A stretch of DNA of 62,966 nucleotides, filler included, from Thraustochytrium aureum (Eukaryota), in NCBI GenBank assembly GCA_012862495.1. It is 5 parts of 3 records of this genome, joined end to end, with 100 filler letters (N's around TTAATTAATTAA, not from the genome) between each part and the next. Parts side by side here need not be neighbours in the genome. Positions count along the whole stretch, not along the records: positions 56,856 to 58,791 come from BLSG01000330.1; positions 58,892 to 62,966 come from BLSG01000330.1; 3 more parts are not named here. One strand, written 5' to 3'. Each line of letters opens with the position of its first letter. The stretch's first letter is position 1. Made by a program: the position numbers and the translations under genes. The notes under the pieces were generated by a model. The model had not been told where the DNA came from. It did no database searches and worked only from the letters and a program-made list of their open reading frames with translations. This document shows, in pieces, positions 56,856-62,966 of the stretch.

Positions 56856-57418
56856 CGAACGCCTTTTGGCGCATTCATTCATTCACTCACACAGGCTGGC
56901 CAGCCTGCAGCTCCAAGCAGTTCAGCGCGCCGATCAACAACCACATCGATTATGTGCTCGAGTACTGGTACGTCGCGTCGGCAGTTGATCATTAAAGCAC
57001 TTATTTGCCCACGAGGAGTACCTCGCGCCGCGGCCGAGTACCTCCTCGGAGTACTGCCAAGCCGTGCCGGAGAGTTCAGCTGACGCCACGGCCTTCCCGC
57101 CCGCCCGCCAGCCCGCCAGCCAGCCAGCCAGCCAGCCAGCGCGCCAAGAGGCGTTTCGCGCTAGGGCCGCACGCCCGCACGCACGCGCCCTGGAGAGGCT
57201 TCGACTCGGCGGAGGCGCACTGGAGAGCTGTTGAGGGCAGGAGTGCGGGAAACGCCAACGCGCGCTACCCGAGTTGGTACCTCGCACGAGGCAGAACCCG
57301 ATCGCGTGGGGGCACCTGCAGAGGCCGAGCGGTGGCCAGGAAGGCGCAGCAGCAAGGAAGGCGCAGGGGCGGGCAGCGAAGGGAGCGCGGCCGGGCCGAG
57401 GTGAAGGCGAGCACGGAG

Positions 57419-58791
57419 ATGTTGGTCGAAACTGGCTCAGCTTGCCTGTGCGTGTTCATGACCGTGGCGCTCGGGTGTTTGATCGGGTACTTTGTCAACA
57501 AGTCTAAGAACGAAAAGCTGGTGGGCGAGACGTGCATGGTGTACGGGCACGAGATCGAGCAGCGGACATGCTTTCGCGAGTGCAACTGTCACTCGGTATG
57601 CTCGACGAACTCGGACGGCAGCTCGAGCTGCAGGCGAAAATGCTCCAGCTGCCCGTACACGTGCTTCATGGGAAATGTAGGTCTCAAGTGGGACTGCTTG
57701 GAAGTGCCCCCCGTGGTCACTAGCGCCGCGTCATGTACGACTGGGCGCGTTACAGGGGTGGTAACCCTTGACCGATCTACGGACGTGCTCAATTTCCTGG
57801 TCTCTGCATACACGCTGGGCAGTCAACGTCCTTGCTTTGTCGACGTCGACGCGTCCATCAACAACAACCCGAACAACGAGGTCCGCTTCGAGCTCCACTC
57901 ACAAGATTCTGTGCTGACCGCCGCGATCGTCTTCTTTTCGCTGGCCGGCTGCATCTTGCTCGCCTTCCTCTGCGCGGTTTCTGTTTCGTTCTGCTCAGAC
58001 TTGCAAAGCTCTCGAAGCAGCAAAGGAGCAGACTCACAAAAGCCAACGCCAGATTCAACCGGGGATGGCGCCACGCAAGCTCAAGTGGACCTTCCTATGC
58101 CCAATGCGAGCGCTCAAGCAGGTCGGGCCCCCGTTGTGGCCGTTCCTGTGCAGTTCGTTGAACCGCAGTTCCGGGACGGATTTGGGCCAGCAAGCACCGC
58201 GCCTCAACAACCACCAGACCGCCTTCAGAGCGAGCAGCAAGACGCCATTCGCGCCGCGGAGTATGTGGCTGGTTTGGCCCAGGAAGCGTTGGGGCCGTCT
58301 CAGCTGCGGGACGACATTGTTGCTGCCGCAAACCGAACGGTGGCCTTCGCTTCGAGCCCGCGGAGCGCGCAGGTCGGCGCCCAAGGCCTGCTCGGCGCCC
58401 TCTGGGCGGAGCTAGGCGACCTGACTGCCGGGGCCATAGAACTGAGCTTGGAAGCCTCGGCCACGTCCAGCGACAGCTTGGGGGTGCACGAAGAGATATA
58501 TGCCGCCACTGCGAGGCGCCGCCAGGACACCGCGATGTGCAACTCGGTGCAAGAGATCAACGCCACGCTCGACCGCAGCGGCGCCGAGCCAGTGGGAAGC
58601 GCAATCAAACTTGACTCGCGCGCCATCGACTTTGCCTGCGCACGCCAGGTGGCGCGCGCGCTGGCCGCCGCAGCCGCAGCCGAGGGGCGTCTGCGCCGCG
58701 GCAAGCTCGGAAGAGGTCAAGGTCTACATAGACACCGAGAAGTCGCAGAGCGCGCCAGTAGCCCAAGTCGTCCGCGAAGAGCGGCTCTCAC
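57419..58791 (+). CDS. Two-TM membrane protein with a Cys-rich extracellular loop and a long cytosolic tail, 3'-partial
   Basis: TM1 ACLCVFMTVALGCLIGYFV, loop TC...CFRECNCHSVC...CRRKCSSCPYTCF...C...C...RPCFVD, TM2 VLTAAIVFFSLAGCILLAFLCAV. Confidence 0.7.
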
Positions 58792-58891
58792 NNNNNNNNN
58801 NNNNNNNNNNNNNNNNNNNNNNNNNNNNNNNNNNNTTAATTAATTAANNNNNNNNNNNNNNNNNNNNNNNNNNNNNNNNNNNNNNNNNNNN
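58792..58891. other. Artificial 100-nt scaffold linker
   Basis: 44N-TTAATTAATTAA-44N. Confidence 0.97.
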
Positions 58892-58946
58892 TTTGCCCAC
58901 AGCCTTGGACGCAGTTGTCGCTCGCGGGTTTCTCCCTCCTCTCTCC

Positions 58947-59016
58947 GCCCCCTTGTCAAGCCTCGCGCGTCGTAGTGCCTTGCCCCCTTGTCAAGCCTCG
59001 CGCGTTGTAGTGCCTT
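58947..59016. repeat. 35-bp tandem duplication
   Basis: GCCCCCTTGTCAAGCCTCGCGCGT(C/T)GTAGTGCCTT x2, with one mismatch. Confidence 0.9.
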
Positions 59017-59223
59017 GCTCCTGCCGTGCGATCCGTCCGGCGTCGGCCTGCGCGCGCGCTTCCCATTCTGTCGCGGTGCTCGACGAGCTGTGCATCGCCT
59101 GGTTGCAGCGTTCGAATTCAAATTTTCAGTCCGGGCAGGGCAGACCGCGAAGAGCCTTTGGTGAATCTCGTGCCTTGTACCACTGCCCCGTGCGGGGGCT
59201 GGACTGGAGTGAACGTGGCCTGA

Positions 59224-59508
59224 AGCTGTCTGCGTGTAATACCCGTGAGTGCCGCGCGCGCGAATCCCATGCCCTCGCGCGATGGGGGGCGCGCGCGTTT
59301 GCGAAAGAAAACGAGGGGTACTGCCCCGCGAAAGCTGAGCACGCTGGTCGGTGCCAGCGGGGGTCAAGCTGATGAGGTGCGAGGCAGTTGGCGTGTGGGT
59401 AGGTAGAGTACTCTACCGGTAGAGTATGCTGCTGTGTTCTGGGATTGGTTATGGACAGACGTAGGAGGAGACTGAGGACGCTCCAGGGTTGGTCTGCTCT
59501 GCTCAGTT
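59224..59508 (+). repeat. Left copy of a ~290-310 bp repeat, inverted relative to 62473-62780
   Basis: AGCTGTCTGCGTGTAATACCCGTGAGTGCCGCGCG...GAAAGAAAACGAGGGGTACTGCCCCGCGAAAG...GCTGTGTTCTGGGATTGGT...CCAGGGTTGGTCTGCTCTGCTCAGTT aligns with the reverse complement of the right copy, with indels. Confidence 0.92.
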
Positions 59509-60364
59509 TTTCATGAACAGTCATGATGATGGACGAACGGGTTGGTGGGCCAGCTTCACGCTTGCAGAACAGATGCCCGCAAATGTTCCTTGTGCAGCGG
59601 GGCACTTCGTGAACAAATGCACGACTCAATCCCTGTGGCATCACTTGTGATGAGTTGTCGGCTGATTTTCGAGACACACCTCTTGAAACTTGAGGAGCGT
59701 CCGTCGATCAAGTGATGAGTACGGTAGTACTCTAAGTAACATGGCATGTCGCCGCATGTGCATGGATGGGAACAAAGCAACAGCTGAATTGATTGAGGTA
59801 GGTAGGCGAGAAGGGCCGACTGCAGGCAATGGCTGCGTCTTTTTTCAGTCGCCCAGAGAGCGTCGAGTGCGCCTGTTCCAAAGTGCGTGCAGAGACCAAA
59901 TGTGCGAAGCAACGCGGTACCGTTTGAAGACTCGCAAAGGAGCACGGCCGGTGAAGGTGCTGATCTGGCCACCCCATCGGAAGGATTGCCAGAGTAATAC
60001 AGTACTCTACCCCCCCCCTACGTCCACCATTCTTGGAGCTGGCGGAGCAACGGAGTAGAGCTCCAAACCAAGGAGGAGTCGGATCCTCCTTGTCCAAACA
60101 GTAGGCCTACACTGGCCAGGGAATTGGCGTTTTTAATTGAAATCGTCGGTATTTTCAGCCGACCCCCCCCCATAGGTGTCCAATGGACTCGGTCGCCGCA
60201 GCACGTGTCAGGGGTTGTTGGAGCGCAGCAGAGCAGCACCGCCCAGAGCTTGTGCCGAAGCAAGTAGGTCACGGCTGCGACGACAGACGCGAGGCGAAAG
60301 GTGGAGGCGGGATCGAGAGGGCTTTGGTGTCTCGTGTCGCGTCGCACGCAGCCGCGCAAACGGA

Positions 60365-61825
60365 ATGCTGCAGCGGACCAAGTTTGCCGTCGCGCTGTTG
60401 CTTTTGGCGGGGGTGCTCGGAAAACTTTGGGCAACCAATACAGCTTTATTGGGCGAGGTCCAGGTACGCGATGGTGGCGTTGGACTAGAATCCGTCTCGG
60501 TCCCAAGCGACGCAGAGGCAACTGCAGCCCTTGATGTTGACGTCGTTGCGGACAAGGAGAACAACGGTCCAGAGATACCAAGTACCGAGCACTCTGTGAT
60601 CAGAGAACGATTTGACAGTGATCCACAGCCGATTTCGACGGCGCCCGAGAATGTTGGTGCCTCGGCAACTGCAAAGGTCCATTTGACGCGTCCCAGCGTG
60701 AACGGCACCAACGATAGTGACACATTGGTGCGTCTTGGAGACTTTCTTTTCGGCCCGACGGAGTGGGACCTCAAGCTTCCCGGCCGAGTCCCGAACAAGT
60801 GCCGGCCAATGCCGGCCAAGCCTGACGAGATCGACAGCATTTATTTGCTCCACATGCGCAAAGCAGGGGGCAGCACAGTAAGGAAAAGCGTTCTCAAGAG
60901 AAATCCCAGAATCAAGTACTTGGTCAACGAATACAATCTACACAGAAGCTCAGCGCGGAGCAACAACGCAACAGTTCTGGCTGTTAATCTGCGCGATCCT
61001 ATGGGGCGCATTATTTCGCAATACACCTCGGAAGGCGGATTTCGCACGATTGCAGTTCCAAAGCTGGCAAACTGGTCGATTTCCATGGCAGATTGGTACA
61101 GGGCGTCCAACACTTACTCCGCTTCGAAGCGCGCTTATGAGGTTAAGCGGGATCTACAAATTGGCGGTGCTACGATATACCGTCCCAATTACTACTTACA
61201 GCGTTTGGTAGGCAATTTCACGTGCGGGCAAGCGAGTCTGAACAAGGCCTTTCGAGTACTTGAATCATTCGACGTCATCTTTCTCACTGATGAGTTCAAC
61301 AACGACACGTTCACATCGTACGTGAAAGGGCGCCTCGGCCGAGAGTTCAGCTTCTCCGCACTTCAGTGGTATGGGAAAGAGAAGAAGCAATTGAAGTCGT
61401 TTCGTGCAGAGCAGCGACGAAAATTGTTGGCGGACAACAAGGCCCTCATACGAATTCTTCGACACGAGAACGCGTGCGACTACAAAATACTTGAATACGC
61501 TAGAATTCTCGTCCACAACTGCCACCCGTACAAATTGGGGGCGGGTCTGGAGGACGGTAATCCATCAGAGCCTGGCCTCGAAGGCGTTGCTTCGTCAGAG
61601 CCAGACCACGACGACGATACCAAGGCAGAGCCAGACCACGAGGACGATTCTAAAGCAGATCAGGGCCCCAACGATGACATTCTGCCAGATCCAGGCCCTG
61701 ACGGCAATACTGAATCACAGCGGGACTCCGACGACGATCCTAAAGCAGAGCCGGACTCCGACGACGTTGCTACGTTGGAGGCCAGCTCCAACGACGATTC
61801 TAGATCAGAGCCGACCGGACCCTGA
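60365..61825 (+). CDS. Golgi-type (type II membrane) PAPS-dependent sulfotransferase with an acidic repetitive C-tail (486 aa)
   Basis: N-terminal anchor KFAVALLLLAGVLG, 5'-PSB motif IYLLHMRKAGGSTV, 3'-PB motif NLRDPMGRIISQY, A..VL..FD.I.L.D and N..D..I..YA. Intronless. Confidence 0.8.
   Translation: MLQRTKFAVALLLLAGVLGKLWATNTALLGEVQVRDGGVGLESVSVPSDAEATAALDVDVVADKENNGPEIPSTEHSVIRERFDSDPQPISTAPENVGASATAKVHLTRPSVNGTNDSDTLVRLGDFLFGPTEWDLKLPGRVPNKCRPMPAKPDEIDSIYLLHMRKAGGSTVRKSVLKRNPRIKYLVNEYNLHRSSARSNNATVLAVNLRDPMGRIISQYTSEGGFRTIAVPKLANWSISMADWYRASNTYSASKRAYEVKRDLQIGGATIYRPNYYLQRLVGNFTCGQASLNKAFRVLESFDVIFLTDEFNNDTFTSYVKGRLGREFSFSALQWYGKEKKQLKSFRAEQRRKLLADNKALIRILRHENACDYKILEYARILVHNCHPYKLGAGLEDGNPSEPGLEGVASSEPDHDDDTKAEPDHEDDSKADQGPNDDILPDPGPDGNTESQRDSDDDPKAEPDSDDVATLEASSNDDSRSEPTGP
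61598..61818 (+). repeat. Degenerate 30-bp coding repeat x7 (10-aa acidic unit)
   Basis: EPDHDDDTKA / EPDHEDDSKA / DQGPNDDILP / DPGPDGNTES / QRDSDDDPKA / EPDSDDVATL / EASSNDDSRS. Confidence 0.85.
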
Positions 61826-62472
61826 TGGCGCCACTTCATTGGATGGAAACCTCCCCGCGTCGCCTTTGGTCTTCTCTTCGACGCGGCGAGCCGCCTCCGT
61901 GGAGCAGCAACACGTTCTTGCTGGTACTGCCTGACGTAAAAAGAGGTTCAGCAACGCCATTTCGTTCGCTTTTCTGGCCGTCCCTGGGCTTGGACGTTTT
62001 GTGTGACGACGTATGAGCGAGCGGCTAAGGTGGTTTGTTTTTAAAATGCGAATTCGCGCTTCTTTTTATGTGAGGTTGCACGTGCAGCTACGGTTGCGGC
62101 CAATTGCCTGAGAACGATGCGGGTCTGGTGAAGACGAGAGCTGCTCGCCAAGCCTTGAAGCCCGAGACGGGTTCAAGTAGTTGTAAAGGCGCAACGTGAT
62201 TTCGGTAGTTGTTCCTTGGTAGGCCTATAGGCTGACTTGGACAGTGCGAAAGTATGTGAGATCCATGCTCCCGCCACGATGTTCAGGGGTGGATGACGTT
62301 GTAGTGCGAGGTTGACGATCTGCGTCACGAGCTTGGGGCCTTTCGTAGCCAGAGATTTCACGGCTGTGAACCGTCAAGGCTGTGGCCTTGTCAAGAGGTT
62401 GTTGAAAGTCATCTGGCTTGCCTGGTAAGACCGCTGAGGTGCACTTCGTGGTGGCGTCTCTACCTCGACAGT

Positions 62473-62780
62473 AACTGAGCAGAGCAGACCAACCCTGGTG
62501 CGTCCTCAGTCTTCTCCTACGTCGTCGATTGCCTATCCTACTCGTACCACGGACTACTCATACCAATCCCAGAACACAGCTTAACCACACGCGCACTGCC
62601 TCGCACCTCAGCTTGGCCCTCGCTGGCACCGACCAGTGTGCTCAGCCCGGCCGGGAATTGAACCCGGATCTTTCGCGGGGCAGTACCCCTCGTTTTCTTT
62701 CGCGGACGCGCGCGCCCCCCATCGCGGGAGGGCACGGGATTCGCTCGCGCGGCACTCACGGGTATTACACGCAGACAGCT
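62473..62780 (-). repeat. Right copy of the inverted repeat; contains a tRNA-like T-arm/B-box
   Basis: The reverse complement matches 59224-59508 and additionally contains ATCCGGGTTCAATTCCCGGCCGGG. Confidence 0.92.
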
Positions 62781-62966
62781 CAGACCTGTCACAATCCCTG
62801 GACCCCTAACGCCCATGAGTTCGGGCACGGGCGTTAACGCACGCTCTATGACATCAGCCCGGCTCAGCTATAGTTGATGGTCAGACTGTTGGAGGAGGGC
62901 GACGTATCCGAGCTTGCGCAGATCAGCGCAAGCAGAGTGAGCGCATCTGCGCAGCTGCATTTTGTA

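Noticed and set aside
23228..58847. TTAATTAATTAA 12-mer repeated four times as a biological motif
   Set aside because: It is always centred in 44N+44N, so it is an artificial six-frame-stop scaffold linker. Gene adjacency across these points is not evidence.
59325..59385. Hammerhead ribozyme (CGAAA...CTGATGAG) in the left repeat copy
   Set aside because: I could not form stems I-III around the core with a valid NUH site, and the right copy lacks the CTGATGA core.
62642..62720. Intact tRNA gene
   Set aside because: Only a T-arm and 3' strand are present, with no pairing acceptor 5' strand or D-arm/A-box. It is reported as a tRNA-like fragment instead.
58840..62837. ORFs 58840-59367 (-) and 62529-62837 (+) as duplicated protein genes
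   Set aside because: Their shared peptide simply reflects the inverted DNA repeat. The similarity continues outside the ORFs with frame-breaking indels, and nothing resembles a transposase.

Overview
This is GC-rich, gene-dense, intron-poor eukaryotic nuclear DNA from a gapped draft assembly. A protist is likely, and a stramenopile such as a labyrinthulomycete is my inference. There are many N gaps. Four artificial 100-nt linkers (44N-TTAATTAATTAA-44N) split the window into five pieces whose adjacency is unproven. About 26 protein genes are supportable. They include an NAD(P)-binding SDR, an MIT/NRBF2-like fragment, a GH38 alpha-mannosidase, a bacterial-type UbiA prenyltransferase, NOC4, PMM, VPS2, an ISD11-like LYR protein, an ABCC transporter, a ZIP7-like transporter, an ACBP-domain protein, an M3 peptidase fragment and TRAPPC10. 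Also present are a cytidylyltransferase fragment, GFA/CENP-V, a small ArgRS-leucine-zipper-like protein, a 4x vWA secreted protein, V-ATPase subunits A, c and G in a tight cluster, SAE1, an EGF + multi-TM protein, myosin, a MAP3K, argininosuccinate lyase, a WD40 fragment, a 2-TM Cys-loop protein and a sulfotransferase. Introns are short, with GTAAGT/GTACGT/GTGAGT donors and a CTRAC branch site. Several frameshifts look like homopolymer sequencing errors. The most notable observations are: (1) a ~3.55 kb, compositionally distinct unit in which the sulfotransferase is bracketed by two inverted ~290-310 bp repeats, one carrying a tRNA-like T-arm/B-box that the other has lost; (2) three consecutive V-ATPase subunit genes; (3) two recurrent intergenic motifs, AGTACTCTAC and GGTTAGGTT; (4) several proteins with unusual architecture or targeting. 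No database searches were run, so family calls rest on recognised motifs.
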